In this document: one piece after another, positions 9,951-20,284 of the stretch
How the letters are laid out: every line of letters begins with the position of its first letter
Numbering within the stretch: the first letter of the stretch is position 1
Origin: a bacterium
GTDB taxonomy: Bacteria > UBA8248 > JACPRG01 > G963555815
Direction: 5' to 3'
DNA: 64,000 nt
Assembly: GCA_965261595.1 (NCBI GenBank)
Contig: CBDHDG010000006.1
Span: 1,024,001-1,088,000, forward strand
Made by a program: the position numbers and the translations under genes
Notes under the pieces: generated by a model
Seen by the model: the letters and a program-made list of their open reading frames with translations, nothing else
The model's database searches: none
What the model was told of the DNA's origin: nothing

Positions 9951-10324
9951 CTCCTGCCGGCTAAAGGGCGGCCGGCCTCCAGGCGGTCGATCTTCTCCCG
10001 CAGGACCTCGCCCTCCATCGTGAGTTCGCCCACCTTGGCCTTGAGCCGGGCGTTCTCCTCGTCCCGCTCATCCGCCGGGCGGGCTTTGAGCGCCGCCTCG
10101 CCCCCGCGAAGGAACGCCTCGCGCCAGGCGGAAAGCCGAGCCGCTGTCGTGCCCAACTCGCGGCAGAGCGTCTCCAGGCTCTCGCCCCGCAAAAGACGCA
10201 GGACCACCTCCCGCTTGCGCTGGCAGGAGAACCGACCCCGCTCACTGCGATGCCCTGGGGCCTTGGCTCCGTTCGCCCTACGGGCGCCCTCCGCCAAAGC
10301 CCCCTCTTGCTTTTGTTCGTTCAT
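9938..10324 (-). CDS. IS3 transposase OrfA, copy 3
   Basis: One A-to-V change relative to copy 1. Confidence 0.9.
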   Translation of the reverse strand: MNEQKQEGALAEGARRANGAKAPGHRSERGRFSCQRKREVVLRLLRGESLETLCRELGTTAARLSAWREAFLRGGEAALKARPADERDEENARLKAKVGELTMEGEVLREKIDRLEAGRPLAGRRWRR

Positions 10325-10390
10325 CGCGACACCCCTTTCTCCATGAATCATGGATCAATCGAGTGTCCAACAAAACCCTAGAGCGGGGGA

Positions 10391-11382
10391 ACGGCAAGGT
10401 CCACAGCGCTGATGACTGGCGGTCTGTATTGGAGCCGGTGGTAGCTCGCTACCGGGATGCGAAGGTCTGTCGGTTTTTTCGAGGCGACGCGGCATTTGCC
10501 AAGCCGGAGGTGTACCGATACCTTGAGGCGGAGGGCTACTCCTATGCGATTCGGCTTCCGGCCAACGCCATCTTGTACAGGGACATCGAATACCTTCTGA
10601 CCCGGCCGGTTGGCCGACCGCCCAAAAGGCCCATTATCTTCTACCACAGCGTCTCCTATCAGGCGGCTAGTTGGGAGAAGCCTCGCCGGGTGGTGGTGGC
10701 GGTCGAGTGGCACCAGGGCGAGTTGTTTCCAAGAGTCAGCTTCATCGTGACCAACCTGCACTGGCGGGAAGAGAACGTCGTGAGGTTCTACAACCAGCGT
10801 GGGACGGCGGAGCAGTGGATCAAGGAGGGCAAGTACGCCCTGAACTGGACGCGCCTGTCCTGCCACGGCTTTGAAGAGAGCCAGGTTCGCTTGCAACTAT
10901 TTGCCTTGGCGTACAACCTGGCAAACTTCCTGCGGCGGCTGGCGTTGCCCAGAGCGGTGAAGCACTGGTCGCTGACGACGTTACGCGAGAAGCTGATTAA
11001 GATTGGGGCCAAGGTGGTCACCCACGCCCAGTACACCACCTTCCAGATGGCCGAGGTGGCCGTGCCGCGTCAACTGTTCAGGGCAATCCTTGAACGAATT
11101 CGACGGTTGTGGTTACCGCCTCCCGTACCAGATACCGGATGACGGAGCAGATGGCCCGGAAGCTTAGTGACATGGTGGAGACGGGGGATCAGTCTGTGCC
11201 GAACTCCCCTGAGTGTGCCGGTAGAGCTGGGTTTTCAAGGGATTGCGGCTTTAGGACGGCCGTTGCCCCTCGATTGAGCAGAGGGTTCTGCAAAGAGACC
11301 CTGAATCTGTAGTAAAATGGGGTACTTTGATGACACAGGAGGACCGCAGGATGGCTAAGAGTGGTCATCTGGGAAATCCCGG
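10391..11382 (+). mobile_element. IS1380-family element, 5'-truncated (transposase C-terminal part 10391-11142 plus right IR)
   Basis: VHSADDW..FRGDAAFA..FYNQRGTAEQWIKEGK..WSLTTLREKLIKIGAKVV motifs; right end CATCTGGGAAATCCCGG. Confidence 0.9.
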
Positions 11383-11619
11383 TTTAAATCAAGACAACTC
11401 TTGTATTGACCACCCGTTGCTCTTTAACTCAATTAGAGCCCTCTTTACCGGGGCTGTCAACACCATTTCGGGCGCCTGAAACCCTGATCGGAGCGGTATC
11501 CGCCATTGGAAAACCATGTCAGCGCCGGCGTGTAAACGGGCTTGACCACCAGGTTTGGAGTCTTCGTCATTTTGCCCTTGTGTGGACTCCGCTTAGGGTC
11601 GCTAGACAGGCACCGGGCA

Positions 11620-11991
11620 TCATCGCTTGATTCTCTCCAAGATAAGGGCAAATGTCTTCCTGGATACACCGACCTCGGCCAACTGGAAGGTGATGTGGCG
11701 GGCGTACCGCACGAGCCGGCCGCCCATTTTGAGGAGCTTAAGCTGAAGGCCGCGTAACGACCAGTGCTTGATCCCTCTCGGCAGGCCAGCAATCCCGCAT
11801 CCGAAGTCATTCTGGTTCCGTGAAACTCAAGCCTCAGCCGACGCTCAAAACGGACCTTCAACGCCCACTTTTTCGCTTCACCCATTGGATTACCCCGCGA
11901 GAGGATGGCTCGGGGAGGCTCATGCATTGATTTTACTCCAGAAAATGTCCTCCGGTCCGACAAAAGTTATGATCCATATGGGATATCTGGG
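11620..11991 (-). pseudogene. Internally deleted IS1380-family remnant
   Basis: N-terminal MGEAKKWALKVRFERRLRLEFHGTRMTSDAGLLACRE joined out of frame to C-terminal LPRGIKHWSLRGLQLKLLKMGGRLVRYARHITFQLAEV; IR-like CCCAGATATCCCATATG near 11990. Confidence 0.8.
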
Positions 11992-12055
11992 AACTATACC
12001 ATTTGTCCGTCGGATAGCGCTCTCTCGGGACATTGATGGGTGCGGAAAGCCCTAA

Positions 12056-12317
12056 CAGGTTGCGGACCCCCCCCCAAGATGGGTATCCCCGCAACGGATT
12101 TCCAAGACATCCCGCTTTCAAGATGTAGGGGAGTCCCTTGGGGCTCCCGCGGGGGCTCGATGGGTCATCGATGGAAGGACCAATGAATCCATGAGTTATA
12201 CTCCTCTCGTGAGAGGCGGGAGGGCGCAAGGCCCTCCCCTACAACGATCGCAATCGAGAAGAATTCGCACCCGAAAAGGTACGATGGACCATGCCGAAAT
12301 CGTTTTTCCGCAACCTG
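12056..12317. mobile_element. 262-bp MITE with IS5-like ends and an internal GTAG-REP pair, copy A
   Basis: TIR CAGGTTGCGG/CCGCAACCTG; TSD CTAA; homologous to 55622-55883. Confidence 0.85.
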
Positions 12318-12481
12318 CTAAGGGAACCCCGCCGGTGGGGTTGTTTTCAGACGCGCCGGGTGATCGGCGCACCCGGGGGATCGGCCGGACATTCGATTCC
12401 TGTTGACTTCCAATTTTCATTGGGTTAGAAATTTTCTCCACTTGGGATCCCCGATCCCCCACGAATTGCAGTCGCCCTCAC

Positions 12482-14026
12482 TTGGACGGCCCGATGCCTC
12501 CAATTCTCCGGATGAGCAAGGTCTGCAAGCGCTTCGGGCCCGTTATCGCCAACGATAATGTCGATCTCGAATGCGAGGCGGGAGAGATCCACGCCCTTCT
12601 TGGTGAGAACGGCGCCGGGAAAACCACGTTGATGAACATCCTCTATGGCCTCTACCAGCGGGACAGCGGGGAGATTCTATTCCGGGACCGGGCGTTGGAT
12701 TTCGACTCGCCGCGCGACGCCATCCGGGCGAGGATCGGAATGGTCCACCAGCACTTCATGCTGGTCCCTCCGCTCTCGGTCACCGAGAACATCATTCTTG
12801 GGGAGAAATCTCCCGGGCCTCTTCTGGGTCTTCGGAACGCCGAGGCGCGCATCCGGGAAATCTCCGAACGCCAGCATCTGGCCGTTGACCCCAAGGCGAA
12901 GGTGTGGCAGCTTTCAGTCGGGGAAGAGCAGCGCGTCGAGATCATCAAGGCGCTCTATCGCGGGGCGACGCTGCTGATTCTCGACGAGCCCACCGGCGTC
13001 CTGACGCCCGGTGAGGTGGAAGAGCTCTTCCGCGTCTTGCGCTCGCTTGCGGCCCGGGGCCACTCGGTGATCTTCATCTCCCACAAGCTGGAAGAGGTGA
13101 TGGCCATCAGCGATCGGCTCACCGTTCTTCGGGAGGGACGGAAGGTGGCCACCGTCTCCACGGCGGACACCCACCCCCGGGAGCTGGCCCGGATGATGGT
13201 GGGGCGAGAGGTGATCTTCGACGTGGAGAAGGAAATCGTCCCTCGGGGCGAGCCGGTGCTGGAGGTTCGCGGCCTCGGGGCGCGAAACGACCGCAAGATT
13301 GAAGCCCTCAAGTCGGTGGACCTGGAGGTTCACGCGGGGGAGATTGTAGGGATCGCCGGCGTGGACGGCAACGGCCAGAGCGAGCTGGCCCAGATCCTGA
13401 CCGGTTTGCGCAAGACCGACCGGGGGGACGTGCGGATCCTCGGGAACAACGTCACCCACCGCTCTCCCCGGGACCTCATTCGCATGGGGACGGCTCACAT
13501 CCCCGAGGACCGCCAGCGGGTCGGTCTCATCCTGGACATGACCGTGGCAGAAAACGCGGTGCTGGAAGTCCACGGGGAGCCTCCCTATTCCCGTATGGGG
13601 TTCCTCGATCATGAGGCCATCTCCCGGTTCGCCGAGGAGCTCATCTCCCGGTACGACGTGAAGACCCGGGGACCCGACGCCCCGGCCGGCGCCCTCTCCG
13701 GGGGCAACCAGCAAAAGCTCATCCTGGCCCGGGAGATGTCCAGGGACCCGAGGCTGCTGGTGGCCGTGCATCCCAGCCGGGGGTTGGACGTGGGGGCGAC
13801 CGAGTTCGTCCATCGCCAACTCCTGGCCCGCCGCAAGGCCGGCGGCGCAGTCCTCCTCATCTCCACGGAGCTGGAGGAGATCTTCCTTTTGAGCGACCGG
13901 ATCGCGGTGATGTACGAGGGGGAGATCCTGGGGGTGTTCCGGACTTCCGAGGTCACCCGGGAAACGGTGGGACTGTTGATGGCAGGCTCCCGCGTCGGGG
14001 GACATACCGGGGACCCGGCCGAATGA
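12482..14026 (+). CDS. ABC transporter ATP-binding protein (two NBDs, CUT2/nucleoside type)
   Basis: GENGAGKTT, LSVGEEQR, ILDEPT, LSGGNQQK; alternative start ATG 12494. Confidence 0.95.
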   Translation: MDGPMPPILRMSKVCKRFGPVIANDNVDLECEAGEIHALLGENGAGKTTLMNILYGLYQRDSGEILFRDRALDFDSPRDAIRARIGMVHQHFMLVPPLSVTENIILGEKSPGPLLGLRNAEARIREISERQHLAVDPKAKVWQLSVGEEQRVEIIKALYRGATLLILDEPTGVLTPGEVEELFRVLRSLAARGHSVIFISHKLEEVMAISDRLTVLREGRKVATVSTADTHPRELARMMVGREVIFDVEKEIVPRGEPVLEVRGLGARNDRKIEALKSVDLEVHAGEIVGIAGVDGNGQSELAQILTGLRKTDRGDVRILGNNVTHRSPRDLIRMGTAHIPEDRQRVGLILDMTVAENAVLEVHGEPPYSRMGFLDHEAISRFAEELISRYDVKTRGPDAPAGALSGGNQQKLILAREMSRDPRLLVAVHPSRGLDVGATEFVHRQLLARRKAGGAVLLISTELEEIFLLSDRIAVMYEGEILGVFRTSEVTRETVGLLMAGSRVGGHTGDPAE

Positions 14027-15090
14027 GCGCCGCCCGGCAACCGGGCGCTCCGGTAGAGAGGTCAGGCGTTTGGAGGAGAAGGCTCGGCGGCCTCCTTCTT
14101 CCGGCGGCCTCGGTCCTGGCGGCCTTCATCGTCGCCGGTGTGTTGATGGCCCTCACCGGCGTCAACCCCATCCGGGCGTACGCCTACCTCTTCCTGCATT
14201 CCCTCGCGGACCGGAACAGCCTGGCGGAGATCGCCGTCCGCGCATCGCCTCTTCTGCTGACGGGACTGGGAGTGGCAGTGGCGTTTCAGTGCGGGATGTG
14301 GAACATCGGCGCCGAAGGCCAGCTCTACGTCGGGGCCATCGTGACCACCGGAATTGGAATCACCTTCGTCGATTTCCCCCCCCTCGTCCTGCTTCCTGTG
14401 ATCATCCTGGCCAGCATGGCGGCCGGGGGGCTCTACGGGGCGTTGCCCGCCTGGCTCAAGGTCCGATTCGGGGCCAACGAGATCATCGTCACCATCATGC
14501 TCAACTACGTGGCCATCCTCGGGTCCAGCTACCTTTTGAGCAACCCATGGAAGGAGCCCTCCGGCCTCGTGCCGCGCTCGGCCAACATCGCGGAGGCGGC
14601 CCAGCTCCCCCGGCTGGTCGCCGGCACGCGCATCCACGCCGGGATTCTCCTGGCGCTGGCGGCCGCGGCCATCCTCTACGTCCTGCTCCGGAAAACCGTC
14701 CTGGGCTATCGCCTGCGCGCCGTGGGCCGGAACCCTCAGGCGGCCCACTACGGGGGGATCCGGGTGGGTCGGACGCTGATCACCGGGATGGTCATCAGCG
14801 GGGGCCTGGCCGGTCTTGCGGGTATGGGCGAAATCTCGGGAATCCACCATCACCTGCTGGACAATTTTTCGCCCGGCTACGGGTTCACGGGGATCATCGT
14901 GGCCCTGCTGGGAAATCTCCATCCCGTCGGCGTGGCCGTGGCGGCCGTACTGTTCGCCGCGCTTCAGGTCGGGGCGGAATCCATGCAACGCACCTTCCGC
15001 ATCGCCACCTCCCTGGTGTGGATTCTCCAGGGACTTGTGGTGCTCTTCGCCTTGGGCAGCCGCTTTCTGAAGCGCTACGTCGGGGAGTAG
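14023..15090 (+). CDS. ABC transporter permease (BPD_transp_2)
   Basis: WNIGAEGQ, GANEIIVTIMLNY, GYGFTGIIVALLG; ATGA overlap with the ATPase gene. Confidence 0.95.
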   Translation: MSAARQPGAPVERSGVWRRRLGGLLLPAASVLAAFIVAGVLMALTGVNPIRAYAYLFLHSLADRNSLAEIAVRASPLLLTGLGVAVAFQCGMWNIGAEGQLYVGAIVTTGIGITFVDFPPLVLLPVIILASMAAGGLYGALPAWLKVRFGANEIIVTIMLNYVAILGSSYLLSNPWKEPSGLVPRSANIAEAAQLPRLVAGTRIHAGILLALAAAAILYVLLRKTVLGYRLRAVGRNPQAAHYGGIRVGRTLITGMVISGGLAGLAGMGEISGIHHHLLDNFSPGYGFTGIIVALLGNLHPVGVAVAAVLFAALQVGAESMQRTFRIATSLVWILQGLVVLFALGSRFLKRYVGE

Positions 15091-15096
15091 ATCCGG

Positions 15097-16062
15097 ATGG
15101 AATGGGACATCCTCATGGACCGGTTCTTCTGGATCAGCGTCTTTGCGGCCATGGTCCGGATCGCCGCCCCCATCCTGATGGCGGCCCTGGGGGAGGTGTT
15201 CGCCGAGCAGTCCGGCGTCCTGAACATCGGGCTGGAAGGGGTGATGCTCATGGGCGCGTTCAGCGGCTTCATGGGGGCGTACGTCACCGGCAGCAATTGG
15301 GTCGGCGTCCTGGCGGGGATGCTCGGGGGCGGCGCGCTGAGCCTCATCCTGGCGTACATGAGCCTGAACCGTGGGGTGGACCAGGTGGTCACGGGGATCG
15401 CCATCAACATCCTCGCCCTGGGCGTCACCAGCTACCTCTTCAGCCGGGCCTTCGCCATCTCTTTCGAGCCGCCGCGGATTCACGCCTTCAAGGCCTGGCC
15501 CATCCCCATCCTCAGCGACCTGCCGTGGCTGGGACGGATCCTGTTCAAACAGACACCGCTGGTCTACATCGCCCTGCTCCTGACGCCCGTCTGCGCCTTT
15601 GTCCTCTACTGGACGAAGTTCGGCCTGAAGATCCGGGCCGTCGGGGAGCACCCCCTGGCCGCGGACACCGCGGGCGTTCACGTGTACGGCGTGCGGCTGG
15701 CGTGCATCCTCCTGAGCGGGGTGATGGCCGGCTTCGGCGGGGCCATCCTGAGCGTGGGCCAGGTGGACGTCTTCCTGGAGAACATGACGGCGGGCCGCGG
15801 GTTCATCGCCCTGGCCGTCGTGGTGTTCGGGAAGTGGAACCCGTTCCGGGTGCTGGGGGCGGCGTTGCTGTTCGGGCTGGCCGACGCCTTCCAGCTTCGG
15901 CTTCAAGCCCTCGGTTTCGTCATTCCCTTCCAGTTCCTTCTGATGGCGCCTTACATATTGACCATCGTGGTCCTCGTCGGCATCGCGGGCAGGGCGACGT
16001 ACCCCGCCGCCACGGGTATCCCTTACATTGTGGAAAAGCGCCGCAAGCGGCGGAACCTTTGA
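15097..16062 (+). CDS. ABC transporter permease (BPD_transp_2)
   Basis: EQSGVLNIGLEG, RAVGEHP.AADTAG, AGRGFIALA. Confidence 0.95.
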   Translation: MEWDILMDRFFWISVFAAMVRIAAPILMAALGEVFAEQSGVLNIGLEGVMLMGAFSGFMGAYVTGSNWVGVLAGMLGGGALSLILAYMSLNRGVDQVVTGIAINILALGVTSYLFSRAFAISFEPPRIHAFKAWPIPILSDLPWLGRILFKQTPLVYIALLLTPVCAFVLYWTKFGLKIRAVGEHPLAADTAGVHVYGVRLACILLSGVMAGFGGAILSVGQVDVFLENMTAGRGFIALAVVVFGKWNPFRVLGAALLFGLADAFQLRLQALGFVIPFQFLLMAPYILTIVVLVGIAGRATYPAATGIPYIVEKRRKRRNL

Positions 16063-16093
16063 AGGAACGGAGAAATGGCAGGTTCGAGACCGA

Positions 16094-16122
16094 TTGACAC
16101 GTGCGCGGGACTGTATCAAGAT
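16094..16122 (+). promoter_or_regulatory. Putative sigma70-type promoter for the BMP binding-protein gene
   Basis: TTGACA-17 nt-CAAGAT. Confidence 0.4.
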
Positions 16123-16245
16123 AGGTTCCCGACCGATAAAGCCAAGAGGCGATCAGGGTGCGTCGAAAGTTGCCGGGGCGAATTTCCGTTAAGAAGACCT
16201 AGTGATTTCTTCGGACCTGGGTGAAGCCCGCGAAAGGAGGGAGTC

Positions 16246-17271
16246 ATGAAAAAACTGATCCTGTTCGTTCTGGCGGGAATACTCGCGCTGGGAACGTCGG
16301 GGCCGGCGCTGGCGAAGCATAAGCAAACGCGGGTGGCGGCCGCGCTTCCGGGCACGGTCAGCGACGCCTCCTGGAACGCGGCCGCGGTGAAAGGACTCAA
16401 TCTTGCGAAGAAACGCTACGGCATCGAGTACACCTTTGTGGAGAGCGTCAAGCTGGCCGATCTGGAAGGCCTCTACCGGGATTTCGCGGCCAAGGGGTAC
16501 AATCTTATTATCGGCCATTCGTTTGAGTATGGGGACGCCGCCCTCAAGGCAGCAAAGGATTTTCCCAAGGCGAACTTTGCCGTTACCGCCTCCTCGGTGA
16601 AAGCGTCCAATGTTGCCTCCTTCGATATACGCCAACAGGAGACCCCCTTTGTCGCCGGCGTTCTTGCGGGCTTGATGACCAAGACCAACCGGATCGGGGC
16701 CATCGGCGGGTTCGGCTTCCCGGCCATCATCCGGCAGATGGAGGGGTTCCGTCTCGGGGCCCGGTACGGCAATCCGAAGGTCCGGATGTATCACACCTAC
16801 ATCAATACCTGGTCGGACGTGGGCAAGGCCAAGGAGACCGCCCTCGGCCAGTTCGACCTGCGCGCCGACATCGTGTTCACCGCCCTGGCCGAGGCGGGCC
16901 ACGGGGTCATCAAGGCGGCGCAGGAAAATGGGAAGTTCGCCATTCCCGGCTACTCCCCGCAACATCACCTCGCCCCGAAGACCGTCCTCACCAGCGTTCT
17001 CCACGGCGTGCCCAATGTGATCTTCAACATGGTGAAGGAGCTCCACGAGGGCACTTTCAAAGGGAAGGTTTATCAGCTGGGCTTCCGGGACGGCGTCGGC
17101 GGCTTGCCGCCCTGGCACCCGGAGGCGAAGGAGATCATTCCGAAGAAGATTCGCGATCGGGTGGAGCGGGTTGCCGCCGCCATGAGGAGCGGAGAACTTG
17201 TGATTCCCGAAATCATCAAGGACGGCGACGCGAAGGATTATGACATTTCCAAGCTGCCTGTGATCCGGTAA
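16246..17271 (+). CDS. BMP family ABC substrate-binding protein (purine nucleoside-like)
   Basis: Signal peptide; DASWNAAAVKGL, IIGHSFEY, AGLMTKTNRIGAIGG; AAGGAGG RBS. Confidence 0.9.
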   Translation: MKKLILFVLAGILALGTSGPALAKHKQTRVAAALPGTVSDASWNAAAVKGLNLAKKRYGIEYTFVESVKLADLEGLYRDFAAKGYNLIIGHSFEYGDAALKAAKDFPKANFAVTASSVKASNVASFDIRQQETPFVAGVLAGLMTKTNRIGAIGGFGFPAIIRQMEGFRLGARYGNPKVRMYHTYINTWSDVGKAKETALGQFDLRADIVFTALAEAGHGVIKAAQENGKFAIPGYSPQHHLAPKTVLTSVLHGVPNVIFNMVKELHEGTFKGKVYQLGFRDGVGGLPPWHPEAKEIIPKKIRDRVERVAAAMRSGELVIPEIIKDGDAKDYDISKLPVIR

Positions 17272-17437
17272 GCCTCGAAAATCAACAGGCCCTTCTAGTC
17301 GGGGAGGATTGAATCAACGGGCGGCTGTCCCGAGGATTTTTCCTCACCTTTGGGGGAACCGTGGTTTGAGCAGCGCGGAAATCGCGGCTATCAAGATGCG
17401 CCCCGATCAGGCCTGTGTACTTTCTCGCCCGGCGAGA

Positions 17438-17465
17438 CCTGTCCCTTCGACAAGCTCAGGGCAGG
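17438..17465. repeat. Short palindromic repeat of the CCTTCGACAAGCTCAGG type
   Basis: Hairpin CCTGTCCCT-TCGACAAGCTC-AGGGCAGG; recognisable widespread bacterial repeat. Confidence 0.5.
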
Positions 17466-17486
17466 CTCCGAGCGAAGCCGACTTAG

Positions 17487-17815
17487 CCTCCATTTCTCAC
17501 AAACAGAATCTTCAAGCTCGGATGGGTCGGTGAATGGGTTGCCTTTCAATCCATTGCCCGATGCGAGCGAGTTGATTGGCTGAGACACCCCGTTCTCCGC
17601 GCGGGCGTGTGACGGGCCGGTACGGAGACCACCGAGGCGGTGGCACCGTCCGGCCCCTACGGGCACACCACGTTTTCCGTCGTAGGGGCGGGTCTCCGTA
17701 CCCGCCCGGAAAGACAACCTTTGTGCGTATCCGCCGGCCTCAATGGAACAAAGCCGCCGGTGGCGATTCCCTCGGCAAGCAAAGCGCGAGACCATGACTT
17801 GGTGAGAAATCCGAG
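17487..17815. mobile_element. 329-bp MITE with IS1380-like ends containing a head-to-head GTAG-REP pair
   Basis: Ends CCTCCATTTCTCAC and GTGAGAAATCCGAG; TSD TTAG (17483-86, 17816-19); internal ...CCCCTAC and GTAGGGGCGGGTCTCCGTACCCGCCC. Confidence 0.6.
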
Positions 17816-17992
17816 TTAGAGGAGTGATGTACCGTTTTCATGGAAGAAATTGGGCGGCCTGCATGTGGATTCTCCCGGACGCGCCCTTGCGCCTGCTCCC
17901 CTAATCTCCCCCGATCACAAGTCCCGGCTGCACCGCGCGTCCCGCCCCTCAGAGAAGACGATCGGTACGCTACGCCTCCCCCGCCGCGAACC

Positions 17993-18943
17993 TCAGGAGG
18001 TCAGGACCGCCTTGGGCAGCATGGCGTGGATGCCTTTGTTGCCGTCCACGAGCTGGGTGACGCGAAGGTCGGCCGCCAGACTACACAGGGCGTAGGCGTC
18101 TTCGGGTGACAGCCCCGCAATCTCTCCCAAGAGGGTGATCATCTCCCGCACAGCCTGTTTGGCCGCGTCGTCCAGGTCGGGGTCCATCCCCATGGTGAGG
18201 TAGTGAGTCGGGCTTTCGGCGCGGGGGAACCGGAGGGAGAGGTCTTTTCGGACGATGATCTCAAAGGTCCCCGTCATGGAGGTCTCGAGGGCCGTTACAT
18301 TGACCTCGCCGTCCCCCTGAACGGCGTGGCCGTCCCCTATCGAGAGAAGCGCCCCTTCGTTCCAGACGGGAAGGTAGAGGGTCGTTCCCGCCACGAGTTC
18401 TTTGTTGTCCAGATTACCCCCGTGTTCTCTCGGCTCGATGGTGGAGATCCGCCCGTAGCTCGGCGGCGGCGCGACGCCGATCACACCGAAGAACGGCTTC
18501 AAGGGCAAACGAAGGCCCCACGGCGGCTCGGCGACCATGGCCTTGCGGTCGATGGGGATGTGGATCAGGCGGGTCTGCGGAAAATCCTCGGGCAGCGTCC
18601 CCCACAGCGCCAGCATGATGTTCCAACCCCAATCCTCGCGCAGCGTGCAGTCGAGGATTCTGACCTCTAGGGTGTCGCCCACCTCGGCCCCGTTCACCCA
18701 GATGGGTCCCGTCATGACGTGGGGACCGGGGCCCCGCTCGCACTTGGCGAGGAGCTCCAGATGCTCCGGCAGCACCTCGAAAGGCTCCGGTGGCAGTTCG
18801 TCGTGACCGACGGGACCGACCGACAGACAGTGTGTCGTGACCCGGTCGCCCGAGTCCACCCGAAGGACCGGGGGGAGGGAAGAGTCGAAGAACCCCCAGT
18901 GAACCGTTTCGGGCGAGGCGTGAAGCTCGTGGTGGGTGGGCAT
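17993..18943 (-). CDS. Acetamidase/formamidase family protein
   Basis: HWGFFD, GPHVMTGPI.V.GAEVGD, PREHGGNLD, GDGHAVQGDGEV; AGGAGA RBS. Confidence 0.93.
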   Translation of the reverse strand: MPTHHELHASPETVHWGFFDSSLPPVLRVDSGDRVTTHCLSVGPVGHDELPPEPFEVLPEHLELLAKCERGPGPHVMTGPIWVNGAEVGDTLEVRILDCTLREDWGWNIMLALWGTLPEDFPQTRLIHIPIDRKAMVAEPPWGLRLPLKPFFGVIGVAPPPSYGRISTIEPREHGGNLDNKELVAGTTLYLPVWNEGALLSIGDGHAVQGDGEVNVTALETSMTGTFEIIVRKDLSLRFPRAESPTHYLTMGMDPDLDDAAKQAVREMITLLGEIAGLSPEDAYALCSLAADLRVTQLVDGNKGIHAMLPKAVLTS

Positions 18944-19042
18944 GATTTCTCTCCTATATTCTGTAAATGGCGGTGAAAAACTGCGGCGCTTGGCCATTGT
19001 CTACCCCGCTATGGGGTGGGTGTCAATCCCTCTGCCGATTGC

Positions 19043-19399
19043 GGTGATGTACCGTTTTGTGTGTAGAAGTGGTTTTTGGGCAAAAGAAGGGGGTGTACTC
19101 TCTCCTGGAGTGTTGAGTGTTGAACCCTTTGCAAGGAGGAGTACACCCATGCAGCCGAAGCTGCTCTTTGAGGATAAGGACTTGGGCCGGGCTTTCAACA
19201 GATGACAGAGGTGTTAGTGGACGAGCTGCCCACCGAGGCCGCCCTGAAGGGGTTTTTGGAAGGCTTGATGCGTGAGGAGCGGGCGGTCTACTTGGCCGCC
19301 ACCCCCCGCGAGCGCACCCCTTTGCGGCGGGATTGGGCCAACGGCCACTACACCCGGGACCTGGGCACCGAAAGGGGTCTCATCCGGGACCTTCGGGTA
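19043..19399 (+). pseudogene. IS256-family left end and frameshifted transposase N-terminus
   Basis: IR-like GGTGATGTACCGTTTTGTGTGTAGAAGTG; LEGLMREER..NGHYTRDLGT..LIRDLRV; cut by IS1595. Confidence 0.75.
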
Positions 19400-20284
19400 T
19401 AAAGGTTTTGACACCAATTGGGTGAGTTGTTGGACCACCAGGGGAAAGGGATCTTGGTGGCGGTGATTGTAGCGGAATTCCATCTCCTTCAGGTAGAGGG
19501 GGAATCGCTCCTTGGACACGCCATGATGTTTGATGAGTCTCTGCTTGGCGTAGGCCCAAAAGCCTTCCAGGCCGTTGATGTGCACTTTGCCCCGACTGAA
19601 GCGCCGATCATGATCCACCCGCAGGTGGCGATAGCCGCAGAACATCAGGGCGTCATAGACGCTGGTAGCGGTCGGTGTAGACCACGCTGCCCCGACGGAC
19701 CCGCTTGAGGGTGGAGGCCAAGAGGGTCTGGGCCTTGACATTGCCGACCGCCTCCACCTTCACCCGGCCACCCCGCTCCAAGACACCGAAAACAGGGACT
19801 TTACCCGCTGCGCCTCGGCCTCTCTTCCCCTTGCCCCTGCCCCCGAAGTAGGCCTCGTCCGCCTCCACCTCCCCTCGAAGAAGCTCCTGTCCCCCCGGCG
19901 TTCCGGCCACAAGACTGCGCCTGAGCGTCGTCACAGCCCTGAGCGCCGTCGGATAGCTCACGGCGAGTTGCTGGGCCATCTTGCGGGCCGAGACCTCCAG
20001 CTCAAAGAGCTTCACCACCCAAAGCCACTGCCGGGCCGAGGGGCGAAGCTGGCCCAGCCAGCGGCCCGTGAACGGCCCGAAGGTGTACCGACACCCAGCG
20101 CAGCGAAAGCGCCCTTTCGTGCCCAGAACGTAGCATTTTCGACCCTCACAACGAGGGCAGATTTTACGCCCGTTTTTCTGACACGCCCTGAGCAGATGGC
20201 GTATCGCTGTAGCTTCCGATTTTACAAGGACTTCAAAGCTATTCAGGTCCACGACACCGGCCTAATCCGGTGTCATAGCTTTTA
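19400..20284 (-). mobile_element. IS1595-family element with frameshifted transposase
   Basis: Zn ribbon CPRC..CAGC, VEADEAYFGG, YTD, HINGLEGFW, EMEFRYN; frameshift near 19660; IRs TAAAGGTTTTGACACC and GGTGTCATAGCTTTTA. Confidence 0.88.

Larger units (their letters stand above)
8987..10390 (-). mobile_element. IS3-family IS, copy 3 (1404 bp), no TSD
   Basis: Ends TGGAGCGCCCC... and ...GAGCGGGGGA; flanks CTTG and ACGG differ; abuts a truncated IS1380. Confidence 0.95.

Noticed and set aside
16078..16092. GGTTCGAGAC T-loop-like motifs (also at about 52364) suggesting tRNA or att sites
   Set aside because: No cloverleaf, acceptor stem or CCA can be built around them
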